Shown here: positions 31,738 to 42,044 of the stretch, piece by piece
Layout: each line of letters starts with the position of its first letter
Position numbering within the stretch: position 1 is the stretch's first letter
From: Thecamonas trahens ATCC 50062
Lineage: Eukaryota > Protista > Apusomonadida
Assembly (NCBI RefSeq): GCF_000142905.1
Contig: NW_013657676.1
Location: forward strand, 124,426 to 188,000
Length of the DNA: 63,575 nt
Direction of reading: 5' to 3'
The notes under the pieces: generated by a model
What the model saw: the letters and a program-made list of their open reading frames with translations, nothing else
Databases searched by the model: none
What the model was told of the DNA's origin: nothing
Translations under genes and position numbers: made by a program

Positions 31738-31831
31738 TGCCTGCTGCCCTGACGGCACGAGGGCCCAACCATGCCGGCGCTGCCGGCGTGGCGCCTTTGC
31801 GCTCGAGCAACTCGACTTACTTTTGCAGGCA
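31738..31831 (+). promoter_or_regulatory. SECIS element of SelO (type II, CUGA core)
   Basis: CTGAC 31749-53 / CGAG 31804-07; GGCACGAGGGC pairs with GCCTTTGCGCT; AA 31767-68; mini-helix CCATGCCGGC/GCCGGCGTGG; lower helix TGCCTGC/GCAGGCA. Confidence 0.85.
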
Positions 31832-31896
31832 CACATGTGAGCTTGCGCGTAGATTTTACTTGAACACGGAAAAGAGACAAGCCAAGCCAGACGCGA

Positions 31897-34800
31897 TCAG
31901 CGGCGTGCCTTTTCGTGCTTGACTGCGCTTAGGGCGGCGGCGAGGGCGGCCTCGGCCTTGGCCAGCTCGCCGTCGGAGAGGAGCGCAGTTTGTGCGGTGG
32001 AGACTTTGGCGAGGGCAGCGATCGAGTCGTCGGTGAGAGCTGGGGCCGACGGCGCGGCATCGTCGTCATCCTTGGACGCTGCCGTCGAGTGGCGGAGCGA
32101 CATAAACTTGTCCATGGTCTTGACGAGGCCCGAGGTCTTTGTGGAGAGGATGGCCTTCTTGGTCTCCTGGTTCTCGCAGTGAACTTTGACCTTGTCGCGC
32201 ATGTCCGGAAAGTCATTAAAGGCTTGCAGGAGAACGTTGCGATGAACACGAGCAACCTCGGTCTTGTCAAGGGTGACGACGTCGGCGGAGATGGGTTCGC
32301 GGCCGGTGCCAAACGAGAGCTCGCCAAACGACTCGTGCTTCTCAAAGAGGGCGCCGGCGGCAGAGCCCGAAGTGAAGCGGACCGAGCCGCGGGTGAGAAA
32401 GTAGAGGTGCAGGTCCGACTCGACCGAGGTGACGACGTGCTCGCCCTTGGCAAACTCGAGGACTTCGGCCGACTCGACAAGCAGGTCAAGGAAAGCATCG
32501 TCGGCGCCGTCGAACATGGGGAGGAGGCCGAGGAACTCGCGCATCTCGCGGAGGGCAATGGCACGGAAGCCGGCCTGCACAATGTCGTACACGTAGTGGA
32601 GGACGTCCGAGGCGACGTCCTTGGTGGTGACGGACGACGAGACACGGCGCCACTGGTCGAGCGAGGCCGTGAGGTCGTCGCGGAGGTAGTCCGAGTTGAG
32701 GCCCGAGAGCAGGCGGTTGATGGCGACCTCGACGTGGCGGCGCGACGAGTTCCATGCCGTCACCTGGGCCGGGATGAGGTTGTTGGAAAAGGCCTTGCCA
32801 AAAATGTCCTCAAAGGTTGACTCGACACGGTCGAGGTCTGAGCGGAAAGGCGCCAGATCAATGTCCTGCAGCCGCTCGGCGAGGCTCTGCTTCTGCTGCG
32901 ACGCCTCGATCCGCTGCAGCCGCTCCATAGCGACCTTGTGGAAGTGCTGCTTGAGGTGCGGGTACTTGGTGAGCGCGTCCTCGAGGACCGAAGCGTCGAG
33001 CTCGTACGTCGTGACGTAGTTGCGTGCCCGGATCGAGGCCGTGCGCGGCCGCTTGAGGAGGACGGCAATCTCGCCAAAGAACGAGCCCTCCTTGAGGTTG
33101 GCCACGCACGCGCCCGACTCGAGGAGGACGTCGACGGCGCCCTTGGTGACAAAGAACATCGACGATCCGGGGTCGCCGCACCGCATGATAAACTTGCCTG
33201 GTGGGTGGACCTGCTCGCGCATTTTGCGGATGAGAAGCGTAAAGAACGCGCCCTGCGAGACACCGCCAAACATGGGAACCTTGGCCATGACCTCGGCGAG
33301 GTCGACCTTGACAGAGAACTTGACACCCTCCTCGAGAGCGAGGTCGACGGTGTCCTCCAGCGTCATGAGCGTGGCGGTGAGCTCCTCGGCCATAGCCTTG
33401 TCGCCCGGGTTCCGCGCGAGATGCGCGGTCTGGCTCTCGAGCTCATCGGTGAGCGAAGCGATGCGCGACGCGAGGTCCTGCAGCTGGACCCGCTTGTCGT
33501 CCTGGAGGTTGGTCTCCATGAGGTCGCGCAGGAGCTTGGAAATGCGTTTGAGCACGTCCTTGGCGAGCATTGACGCCGCGCGCATCTTGAACACGTCGCC
33601 GAGGCCCTCCTTGACCTTGGCGAGCACAATGGTGACGTCCTTGGACGCGTCGCGCATCTTCTGGCGGTAGGTCTTTTCGGCGACGCTGCCGTCAGGCTTG
33701 GCTGGCGGCATGGGCTCAGGCTCGCGCATGGGCTCGGGCTCGGGGGTGCTGACGGAGGCAGCCGTTGCCATCCACTCGCGTGGTGTCTGAGTCTCGACTT
33801 GGATCGATTCCTTGGTCAGCTTGGCCATGAGCTCGGCGAGCTGTGAGTCCTTCGAGTCCGAGTCCGATGCGGCGGCGTTCAGTGCGGCCTGGAGCTCAGA
33901 CTCCTTCGCCGCCGCGTCTCCGAGCTGCGAGCGCAGGCCACGGACCTCGTCCTCAAGACGGCGATTCTCGCGGCGGAGGGACTTGCGGTCTGAGACGACG
34001 CTGTCAAGCCTGGCCTTGAGCGCGACAATCTCGGCCTCGAGCTTGCTCACCAGCTCCTCGTAGTCGGTGGTGGGCTCGGTCTGGCACGGGATCTCAACGG
34101 TCCGCGTTCGGCGCTTGACCTGGACACCCTTGGACCGGAAGCGACCGTCGCCGCCGAGCGAGAGGAACTCGGACTTTGAGCCACAGTACGGACAGGTCTT
34201 GGTGCGGCGAATGGGGACGGCAGCAGGCTTACTGGGCGAGCGGGAGGCTGGTGCAGCGGTGGGGACGAGGAACGACTGCGCACGGAACGGAACCGGGCGC
34301 GAGGGCACGCGAGCACCGCGGGTAGTCGACGTGGTGACAGCCGATGACGAGACGCTCGTCGAGCCGTCGTCACTCAGCGTGTCGGTGCCAACAGCGGCGC
34401 CGCGGACAAACGACCGAGATTGCATGATGGGCATGGGCGAGGGCGGCGTGAGCAACGTCGACTTGTCAAACTTGTTGATCTGCGGCACAAACGAGCACTC
34501 TTGCACTTCGGCGGCGGCAGCAGCAGCAGCCTTGGCCTCGCGGGCAGCCTGCTTCTTGGTCTCGGCCTCGCGGTGCCACTCGTACGTCCGCTCCACAAGG
34601 GGGGCGCTGGGTGAGACGGCCTCAGACTTTTTGTTGATAGCCGGTTCAAAGGGACACTCGGCGGCGAGAGCCTCGACTTGGGCCTGCTCAGCCGCCTTGC
34701 GCCGCTTCTTCAGGTCGAGCGCGTTTTGGTACAGATCGCGGCGCGAGTGGCGGTCACGGTCACGGACGTTGGTAGCCGGGTGAAACGTGAGCTCGGCGTC

Positions 34801-35385
34801 ATGGTCGTGGTGGCAGCGGCCGTGGGTGTTGTGGTACCGCCGCCGCGACTCCTCCTCGGGCACCTTAGGCATCCGCCGCGAGCGCTCGTTGAGCTCGGGC
34901 TCGAACGAGTGATCATGGGTACATCCAAGGTGCGATGCGGCATAAATCGAGATGTCCCCGGCCTGCAGCGCCTTGGACGCGTTGGTCTTGGCCTCCTCGC
35001 CGCGGCCAGAGCCCAAGCCCGAGCCCGAGCCTGCGCCAGGCTCGCGCGAGTGGGCGTGTGCGCCCAGATCAACAACTTCGGCCAAAAATTGCGACTCGGC
35101 CTTTGGCCGCCGCCGCCGCCGCTTCTTCCTCTTTGCTCCTGCGCCAGCCGTATTCCCGCCCGGCGCAGCCGCTGCTGCTGCCGCTGACGTGCCCTCTAGC
35201 GCTGAGAGCGTCGTTCGCGATGGCAGCGCGCCGCCCTCGGAGCCCGAGGTGCTCTTGGTTGCCGATGCCGACACGACAGGAAGAGCCGAGACCAACGGGT
35301 CCAGCACCGCCGAGTTGCGTCGCAGCCACTGGGCGGAACGCTGCTGTGCAGCCACTGCCGAACCTCTCCTCCCAGACCGTGGCAT
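31897..35385 (-). CDS. Cyclic nucleotide-binding domain protein (two CNBDs, coiled coil, N-terminal FxP.IN repeats)
   Basis: GDPGSSMFFVTKG..GSFFGEIAVLLKRPRTASIRA; second degenerate CNBD (LYFLTRG..ESFGEL); no TM segments seen. Confidence 0.8.
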   Translation of the reverse strand: MPRSGRRGSAVAAQQRSAQWLRRNSAVLDPLVSALPVVSASATKSTSGSEGGALPSRTTLSALEGTSAAAAAAAPGGNTAGAGAKRKKRRRRRPKAESQFLAEVVDLGAHAHSREPGAGSGSGLGSGRGEEAKTNASKALQAGDISIYAASHLGCTHDHSFEPELNERSRRMPKVPEEESRRRYHNTHGRCHHDHDAELTFHPATNVRDRDRHSRRDLYQNALDLKKRRKAAEQAQVEALAAECPFEPAINKKSEAVSPSAPLVERTYEWHREAETKKQAAREAKAAAAAAAEVQECSFVPQINKFDKSTLLTPPSPMPIMQSRSFVRGAAVGTDTLSDDGSTSVSSSAVTTSTTRGARVPSRPVPFRAQSFLVPTAAPASRSPSKPAAVPIRRTKTCPYCGSKSEFLSLGGDGRFRSKGVQVKRRTRTVEIPCQTEPTTDYEELVSKLEAEIVALKARLDSVVSDRKSLRRENRRLEDEVRGLRSQLGDAAAKESELQAALNAAASDSDSKDSQLAELMAKLTKESIQVETQTPREWMATAASVSTPEPEPMREPEPMPPAKPDGSVAEKTYRQKMRDASKDVTIVLAKVKEGLGDVFKMRAASMLAKDVLKRISKLLRDLMETNLQDDKRVQLQDLASRIASLTDELESQTAHLARNPGDKAMAEELTATLMTLEDTVDLALEEGVKFSVKVDLAEVMAKVPMFGGVSQGAFFTLLIRKMREQVHPPGKFIMRCGDPGSSMFFVTKGAVDVLLESGACVANLKEGSFFGEIAVLLKRPRTASIRARNYVTTYELDASVLEDALTKYPHLKQHFHKVAMERLQRIEASQQKQSLAERLQDIDLAPFRSDLDRVESTFEDIFGKAFSNNLIPAQVTAWNSSRRHVEVAINRLLSGLNSDYLRDDLTASLDQWRRVSSSVTTKDVASDVLHYVYDIVQAGFRAIALREMREFLGLLPMFDGADDAFLDLLVESAEVLEFAKGEHVVTSVESDLHLYFLTRGSVRFTSGSAAGALFEKHESFGELSFGTGREPISADVVTLDKTEVARVHRNVLLQAFNDFPDMRDKVKVHCENQETKKAILSTKTSGLVKTMDKFMSLRHSTAASKDDDDAAPSAPALTDDSIAALAKVSTAQTALLSDGELAKAEAALAAALSAVKHEKARR

Positions 35386-35717
35386 GGGGAGGTGTGCGTG
35401 GAGGAGGGGGAGGGGGGGAGTGGGGTGGTGGACTTGAGGCTGCGGCTGCGGCTGGCGGTGGTGCTGGTGCACAAGTGGCGGAGAGCCAATTCGTCAGTTG
35501 GCAAGGTTCCCCCCTCCTGCCGGCCACACGTGAATTATGGTTCAATCCCGGCGGGATGTGTAATTTTTACTATTGTGTACCGGGAAACAGTGGGTGCCGG
35601 GTCGTGGTGGTGGGTGAGACGGCTGCCGAGTCGCAGCGAGGCAACACTGCGGCGGGGACGAGTCGGTCGGGGTCGGGGGCGGGGGTGGGGCCAACACACC
35701 TCTCTACCGTGTGAACC

Positions 35718-36449
35718 ATGAATGGGGTTAGCGAGGAGGTGCCTCCTCCACAGGCCGGGAGCGAGCAGGCCGGGCTGGGGGCTACACGCGAGCTGGCTGG
35801 GCCTGCGGCCGCGGACGAGCAGCATGCCGCGGTCGGGCAGGAGGCAGAAGTCCAGCCGATGGTGACAGAGGAAGCTCAGGAGAGCCCCGCTGCAGAGGCA
35901 GACAAGACGGGCGGCGAGGGCGAGGCGGTCGAGGTCCAGGCTGAGGGTGGAAGTAGGAAGCGGGCGCGAGACGACGGTGGTGAGGGCGAGGACGAGGTTG
36001 ATGACGAGCGGTTGGCCAAGGAGCGGCTGGCGTGCCTGGCGTATCTGGACGAGCAGCGACGTGCGCTCGAGGCCGACATCCGCGGTCGGACCGCGGCCGA
36101 GGTGGTGGTGGATGGTGAGCTCAAGCCGCACAGCCTCTTTACCTCGATGCTGGAGGAGATGGTGTTTGGTTTTGGCGACGTCTCGCAGCCGCTGTCGGCT
36201 ACGGTCAACGCCGTTGAAGACATTGTCGTCGACTACATCCGCTCGATGACCCTTGCCGCGCTGCAAGTCGCCGAGCGTCGTGGCAAGCTCATGGCCGAGG
36301 ACTTTCTCTTTCTCATCCGCAATGACGACAAAAAGTACGAGCGCGTTCGCGAGCTCCTCAACATGCGCGAGGTCATCAAGCGCGAGCGTGCCAACTTTGA
36401 GCAAGAGAAGACCATGCTCGAGCCGGCCACAAAGCGCCGCAAGCGATGA
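35718..36449 (+). CDS. TAF13: TFIID subunit 13 (histone fold)
   Basis: LF...LEEMVFGFGD..P...TVNAVEDIVVDYI...EDFLFLIRND.KKYERVRELL.M. Confidence 0.85.
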   Translation: MNGVSEEVPPPQAGSEQAGLGATRELAGPAAADEQHAAVGQEAEVQPMVTEEAQESPAAEADKTGGEGEAVEVQAEGGSRKRARDDGGEGEDEVDDERLAKERLACLAYLDEQRRALEADIRGRTAAEVVVDGELKPHSLFTSMLEEMVFGFGDVSQPLSATVNAVEDIVVDYIRSMTLAALQVAERRGKLMAEDFLFLIRNDDKKYERVRELLNMREVIKRERANFEQEKTMLEPATKRRKR

Positions 36450-36708
36450 TGGCTGCCGGCCAGGCCCGCCCACGTGGTGCCGGTCCCTGTCCACGCCCGC
36501 TGTGTCACGCCCCACTCCCTTCCCTCCACACGCCCCTCTCCCCACTCCCCACCTCCCACTCCCCACCCCAAGGATATATCGCCTGTCAGAAACAATGAAC
36601 TCTGGCCAGCCTGTCAGCCGACGTTCTCTGAAGCAGTGGCTCGTGTGGTAGCAGCCGTAAAGCCGACGGATCGGCGACAGCGGTAGGAGTGACGAGCCGT
36701 CTTTGCAC

Positions 36709-36752
36709 ACCGCCACCACCGCCACCACCGCCACCACCGCCACCACCACCAC
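36709..36752. repeat. CCACCG/CCA low-complexity tandem repeat
   Basis: Direct tandem repeat. Confidence 0.7.
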
Positions 36753-36805
36753 CCCCCCCCTTCTTTCCACCCCACCTCACTCCCACCCCACTCCGCCACA
36801 CAACC

Positions 36806-37453
36806 ATGGAAGGCACATGGGGTGTCCGCTCTCCGTGCGGCCTCCACCCGCAGCCGCCGCTGTACACCCTCGGCGCCGCCACCCGGTCGTCACCGCGTCC
36901 GCCAACCCGCCGTGGGCCGCTTGACACGCAGGCTGGCCCAGACTCGCCGTCTGCACCTCGCGCCAAGGTCGATGTGGACGTGGATGGGTATGGTGATGGC
37001 GCTGGTGCTGGCGCTGGCGTGGAAGCGGTCGACGAGCATGCTGGTCCGTCGGTGCGGTACGGGCCCGGGCGCGGACAGCCGCTGCGGCGGTACGTACCGC
37101 GGGCCACACCGGCACAGATGGTGGCGACGGCGGTGGCCGAGGAGCAGGCCAACGCGGCGGTGGACGAGGCGGCGCTGGTGGCATCGTCGCTCGAAGCTGC
37201 TGCCATCTCGGGCTTCTCATCGCAAGCCGAGCTGGCCGAGACCATCCGCAAACCATCGCGCCCGCTCCGCTCGCCGTACCAGCGCTCGGCCGTCCCGGTC
37301 ACCACCAACGAGCAGTACGGCTGGGAGGAAGCCGATCGCCTCTCGGGCCTCTACGACGACACCTCGCGGTATCCGGTCCGCCGCTCCGACGAGTCCAAGT
37401 TCTTTGACCAGTTCTACGGCCACGGCTTCGGCGCCGTCCTCTGCACCCGGTAG
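36806..37453 (+). CDS. Hypothetical protein with FAM183/CFAP144-like C-terminal motif (possible axonemal protein)
   Basis: SPYQR..PVTTNEQYGW...YPVRRSDESKF resembles the P.T..Q.(Y/I)GW motif of ciliary microtubule inner proteins. Confidence 0.5.
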   Translation: MEGTWGVRSPCGLHPQPPLYTLGAATRSSPRPPTRRGPLDTQAGPDSPSAPRAKVDVDVDGYGDGAGAGAGVEAVDEHAGPSVRYGPGRGQPLRRYVPRATPAQMVATAVAEEQANAAVDEAALVASSLEAAAISGFSSQAELAETIRKPSRPLRSPYQRSAVPVTTNEQYGWEEADRLSGLYDDTSRYPVRRSDESKFFDQFYGHGFGAVLCTR

Positions 37454-37564
37454 TGAGCGATGCCGATGCCGGGCTTGCCGAAAAGCGGCGCGCCAGTAAC
37501 ATGCATGCAGGTCTAGACCCCCGGCTGCGCCGTAGCTTCATTCGCCCGAGGACAGTGCCGCACC

Positions 37565-38909
37565 ATGGGTGCCATGACATCCGCTCACGGCAACACCCGT
37601 CGCCGAATGGCTGACACCGGACAAGTCCGTCGCATACCTCGTCGGGCCAACCGGCCCGACCCTGCCGACTACCGCTTCCGCGGTCTCACCGACACGGTCG
37701 CTGTCAAGCCTCCGGGCAGCATCAACGGCGAGCAGTTTATCATCGATACCTGCAGTGTATGCGACGCACAGAGGGGAGAAGGGGGGGAGAGGGGGGGGGG
37801 GGGGGGGGACCGAACGCTTGGCGCCAACCGGCGACGGCGGAGACTCACTCGGAGCGGACGAGGGGGATGGTGGGCATGCGGGCCAACGGGTGCAGGGATG
37901 CGAGCTGTATGTTCTGGACCACACGGCGACGGTGTCTATCGACGAGTGCACTGACTGTCGCATTGTGCTGGGCCCGTGTGCGTCGTCGGTCTTTGTCCGC
38001 TCCTGCGCCCGCGTCGTCGTCGTCGTCGCCTGTCAGCAGTTCCGTCTCCGCGACACGACGGCATCGACCATTGCGCTGCATGCAGGGACCAAGCCCATCA
38101 TCGAGGACGCCAAGGCCATCAGTCTTGCGCCGTACCCGCTGGCGTATCCAGGCATCGACGCTCACTTTGCCGCTGCCGGTCTTGTTCCGGCCAACTCGGT
38201 CTGGGCCGACATCTACGACTTTACTGCCGTCGAAGCCCACAAGGCCGGTGCCTCGTCGGCGGCGGCGGCGTTCTCGTTTGTCCCGTGGGGCGCCGCGCTC
38301 GGCCGACTGTTTTCCCATCTCACCGGCGACGAGCTCGGCGAGCTCCTGGTCTCGCTTGATCCGGCAACCGGCGTCGTCCCGTGCACGCTCGGGCGGGAGC
38401 CTGATGCAGCAAGCGCCCACGCCTTTGTCGGGCTGTCCGGGCCGGCTGCGGCGCCGCTGGCGGTTGCCGCCTGTCTGGCAAAAGTGTGGGAGGCCGCGCA
38501 GGCTGTGGCAGGCGCGCCTTCTCTCGAGAGTCTCCCGTTCGTCCTGGTCAAGTCCGCCGCCACGCCCGCCCTCGACGCAGCGCTCGCCGACACCATGTTT
38601 GCGCCGGTGGCGTCGGTGGCGTCCACGGTTGCTGCCCGCCTCGCAAACAAGCCGTTTATTGGCCTGTGGTTTGCGGCGCTCCCCGAGAGGTGGCCAGGCG
38701 AGGGCAGCGGCCCAAGCGACGGCCCACCGCCACGCTCGCTGGCGGCGCTGCTGCGGTCTGCTGTTGCGTCGTGGGCAGCGGCAGGTCTCGAGCCAAGCCC
38801 CGACGCGCGCTTTGCCGCGTACGTTGCGCCGGACTCGGCTGCGGCGAGCGAAGCGGCGCAGGCGTTCTTCGCCGAAGCTGCCGACGCATGGCAGGGAAAC
38901 GCGCTATGA
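37565..38909 (+). CDS. RP2: RP2/XRP2 (TBCC-domain ARL3 GAP); intron 37757-37895
   Basis: MG...S myristoylation-type start; DPADYRF..L......PGSINGEQFIIDTC|..LYVLDH; ACQQFRLRD arginine finger; TKPIIE. Confidence 0.9.
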
Positions 38910-38921
38910 CGGGACAGCGGC

Positions 38922-41900
38922 TCAGACCGAAGACTCGGCGGCGCCGGCGCCGGCGTCAGCGCCAGAAGCACCAGAGTCAGAGGCATCGGCCGACGCCGCG
39001 GCGGCGGCCACGGACGCGGTCCGTTCCTCAAGACGAGCGACAAGTTCGACGAGCTCTGCGCGCTTGGGCGAGTCTTCGAAGAATCGCTCCGAGCGCGCCA
39101 CCACCGAGTTGAGGAGGAGGAGGATGGACGGGCGGAGGGTGGCAAAGGCAGCGGACACAGAGGTGTCGCCGGCGCCGACAGCGACCGCCTCGATGTCGTC
39201 GAGCTCAGTGGCGAGCGCGAGCGACGAGTCGGCAACACCCTCGAACAGCGAGGCCTCCTGCTCCCAGTTGGGCTTGCGGGCTGCGCGGGCGCGCTTGAGG
39301 ACCGACTCAACGATGCTGAGTGCCGGCGCGCCCTTGATCTTGAGCAGCTGCGCATGCGCGTCCCACACCTCGGGATTGGTCGTGATGCGCGCCGTGATAA
39401 AGTCGAACAAGTTGGTCAAGGTCGACTCGAAACGGACGGCCTTGCGCTCGAGGGCCTTGGCGTCGGGCGAGGTGTCGCTCGGGTCGAGCTCGCGGACGGC
39501 CTTGAGAAGGTTGTTGAGGTGAGTGACGAGGGCGTAGAGGACGCGAGGATCGGCGTCGTTCTCCTGGGCCTGGGCGTTGTTGTACTGGATCTTGTTGCGG
39601 AGAGCCTGCATGGCCTGCTCTAGCTCGCCGAGCTGCATGCAGATGTACAGAAAGTTCTCCCACATGCGCCAGGCCTCGCGCTTAAACTTGAGCGCCTGCT
39701 CCATAGCGTGGAAGGCCTTGCGTGGCTCGTTGGCTCGCTGGTAGACGCCCGAGAGGTTGGCCCAGCCCTCACCGTGGGTCGGGTCGAGCTGGACAACGCG
39801 CGAAAAGGCGCGCGAGCCAACCTCCCATGCCTGCGCAAACATCGACGCCATGCCCATGGAGAACCAGATCTCGGGGAAAATGGGGTTGATGGCGAGCGCA
39901 AGCTCAAAGTGCTCGATGGCACCGGCGTAGTCCTTGGCCTGGAAGGCGAGCTTGCCCCATGCGCGCTGGGCGCGCGGGAAGCGACCGCCCGACTCGCGCC
40001 ACGCGCGCTCGTAGTACACCGGGTCGCGCATAAGGTCGCCGAGCAGGGCCCAGAGCCGCGGCGACGGGTCGATGTCGAGCCGAGCCCGGACAAGCCGCTC
40101 GGCACGCGAGGTGGCGCGGACCGAGAGATAGCACGTGACGATGTCCTCCCACGCCTCCATTGGCTCATAGCAGTCGAGCGCGGCGCGCGGCAGGCCGTGG
40201 TCCATGTACAGCGAGCCGAGCTCGGAGAGAAGCTTCCACCACGGCGGGAGCGGAAGAGCAAACAGGTATGCCATCCGCTCGGCGGGAGCGGGACCAACCT
40301 GCAGGATGGCCGGGTCGACGCCGGTTGGCCGCTCCGCCGACGGCACGTCAGCAAAGCGGAGCTCGACCAGCCGCTGGAACTGCTTGCACGCCCGCTCGAT
40401 GGTCCGCTTCCCGCGCATCTCGACCCGCGACTTGAGGAGGAGCCCTGCGGCGCGCATCGCCCACGACGCCTGCGTGCTGCCGTTGTCGAGCGCGCGCCGC
40501 GCAAACGGTCGCACTTGCTCGTCGGTCAGCTCCGAGACCGGATGGGTGGCGCGGATGAGCTCGGCGAGCGCAAGGAGGATGGCCGCGTCGTCGAGTGAGA
40601 CCGCAGGCTCGTCGATCGGTGTCTCAAACGTGAGCTCCTCGAGGAGGACAGGCGAGTCGTTCGGGACGATGAAAGGGAGCTCGTGTGGGAGCTCGGTGTA
40701 GTCGGCGCCGGCAATGGGGGGGAGCGAGCCCTGCGCTGAAACGTAAAGATGGGTGGTGGTGAACTTCTGGAACTTGGTCCGCTTGCCCTTGGCACCGCGG
40801 AGCGCGATGACCAGGCCCGACAGCGCTTGGGCATGGAGCAGGTACGCTTGCATCAGGTCGGTGCGGTCGTAGTCGAGCGCGCCGTACGCGGCCTCGAGGG
40901 TGAGCCGCACACCGAGGCGGATGCGCGAGACCGGAACGTCCGGCCCGCCCAGCTCGCTGACGGCGGCAAACGAGGCGAGGACTCCGACGCCCTGCTCGAC
41001 CACGATCGAGTAGAGCGTGTGCGAGCGGGCAAGAAGAGTCGACTGCCGCGCTCGCGCAACACGCGCGCGCCACACCACCGCCGACGGCACCGCACCCGCC
41101 AGCGCGTCGTACACCTTCGGCGCGTCAATAAAGATGAGCGAGGCGACCACAAGGTACCATGGGTAGTAGCACTTGTCAAACGCATCCTCGCCATCCAGGC
41201 CGAGCAGGCGGATGGCGGCGCGGTGCCACTCATCGTTGTAGTACGCGTAGTTGAGTCGCTTGACCGAAGTCGGCATGAACGGCACAGCGCCGGCGTCCTC
41301 GCGTGCCGACTCGCCGTCGGCCGCTTCGCCAGCATCATCGCCATCAGCCTCGTCAGCCTCGTTAGCCTCGTTAGCCTCGTCGGACTCGTCGGCCTCGGCC
41401 TTTCCGGCAGCAGCCTCTGAGATCTCAGTCGGCGCGGTTTGCTCCTCGGCAGCGGCCGTGGCCGAAACGACCACGCCTGCCGGGAGGGCGACGGGATCGA
41501 GGACGGTCGGCGCAGCGGGCGGGGCGACGAGCGGGAGGCGGCGGGTGGCATCGAGATGCGGCGGCGGGCCAGTCCAGTTGGCCTGGACAAAGAGCGTGAG
41601 CGCGGCAACGCCAAGAGCAAGCACGTCTGTGGCACCGCGCGTAGAGCCAGCGGCTGCGGCGACAAGGCGGTCGGCGAGAGCGGCGACAACCGCGTCAGCC
41701 GAGTCCGGAGAAGCGTCTGGAGCCACGGTGAGCACGTCCTGGGCAAATGCTGAAGACAGGACGTCGAGCGGAGCCAAGCAAGGCTCTGGCACCGGCAGAT
41801 CTACTGCAGGAGCGTCGGCAGCAGGAGTAGGAGCGGGAGCAGACGAGGCGTCGGCGGCGGGCAGAGGATCCAGGTCGCCATCCCGGGGCAGAGAACGGGC

Positions 41901-42044
41901 CAGGGCATGGGAGGCATCCACCAGCAGCATGGACTGCTCTAGAGGCTCGAGGACGTCCCAGGAGGTGATGGCTTTACCGGCGACGTCCAGCGGCTCGGCA
42001 CCCAGCATGGGGGAAATCGAGGTCGCAGGCGAGGTTGTTGCCAT
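38922..42044 (-). CDS. TTC27: TPR protein TTC27/Emw1-like
   Basis: FVQANWTGP, LGLDGE, GAKGKRTKFQ, ERACKQFQRLV and C-terminal TPRs (GEGWANLS, WRMWENF). Confidence 0.88.
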   Translation of the reverse strand: MATTSPATSISPMLGAEPLDVAGKAITSWDVLEPLEQSMLLVDASHALARSLPRDGDLDPLPAADASSAPAPTPAADAPAVDLPVPEPCLAPLDVLSSAFAQDVLTVAPDASPDSADAVVAALADRLVAAAAGSTRGATDVLALGVAALTLFVQANWTGPPPHLDATRRLPLVAPPAAPTVLDPVALPAGVVVSATAAAEEQTAPTEISEAAAGKAEADESDEANEANEADEADGDDAGEAADGESAREDAGAVPFMPTSVKRLNYAYYNDEWHRAAIRLLGLDGEDAFDKCYYPWYLVVASLIFIDAPKVYDALAGAVPSAVVWRARVARARQSTLLARSHTLYSIVVEQGVGVLASFAAVSELGGPDVPVSRIRLGVRLTLEAAYGALDYDRTDLMQAYLLHAQALSGLVIALRGAKGKRTKFQKFTTTHLYVSAQGSLPPIAGADYTELPHELPFIVPNDSPVLLEELTFETPIDEPAVSLDDAAILLALAELIRATHPVSELTDEQVRPFARRALDNGSTQASWAMRAAGLLLKSRVEMRGKRTIERACKQFQRLVELRFADVPSAERPTGVDPAILQVGPAPAERMAYLFALPLPPWWKLLSELGSLYMDHGLPRAALDCYEPMEAWEDIVTCYLSVRATSRAERLVRARLDIDPSPRLWALLGDLMRDPVYYERAWRESGGRFPRAQRAWGKLAFQAKDYAGAIEHFELALAINPIFPEIWFSMGMASMFAQAWEVGSRAFSRVVQLDPTHGEGWANLSGVYQRANEPRKAFHAMEQALKFKREAWRMWENFLYICMQLGELEQAMQALRNKIQYNNAQAQENDADPRVLYALVTHLNNLLKAVRELDPSDTSPDAKALERKAVRFESTLTNLFDFITARITTNPEVWDAHAQLLKIKGAPALSIVESVLKRARAARKPNWEQEASLFEGVADSSLALATELDDIEAVAVGAGDTSVSAAFATLRPSILLLLNSVVARSERFFEDSPKRAELVELVARLEERTASVAAAAASADASDSGASGADAGAGAAESSV

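Noticed and set aside
35525-35570. GGTTCAATCCC B-box/T-loop-like motif followed by a T run (tRNA or tRNA-Sec?)
   Set aside because: The T-stem does not pair well and I could not build an acceptor, D or anticodon arm; it lies in a divergent promoter region
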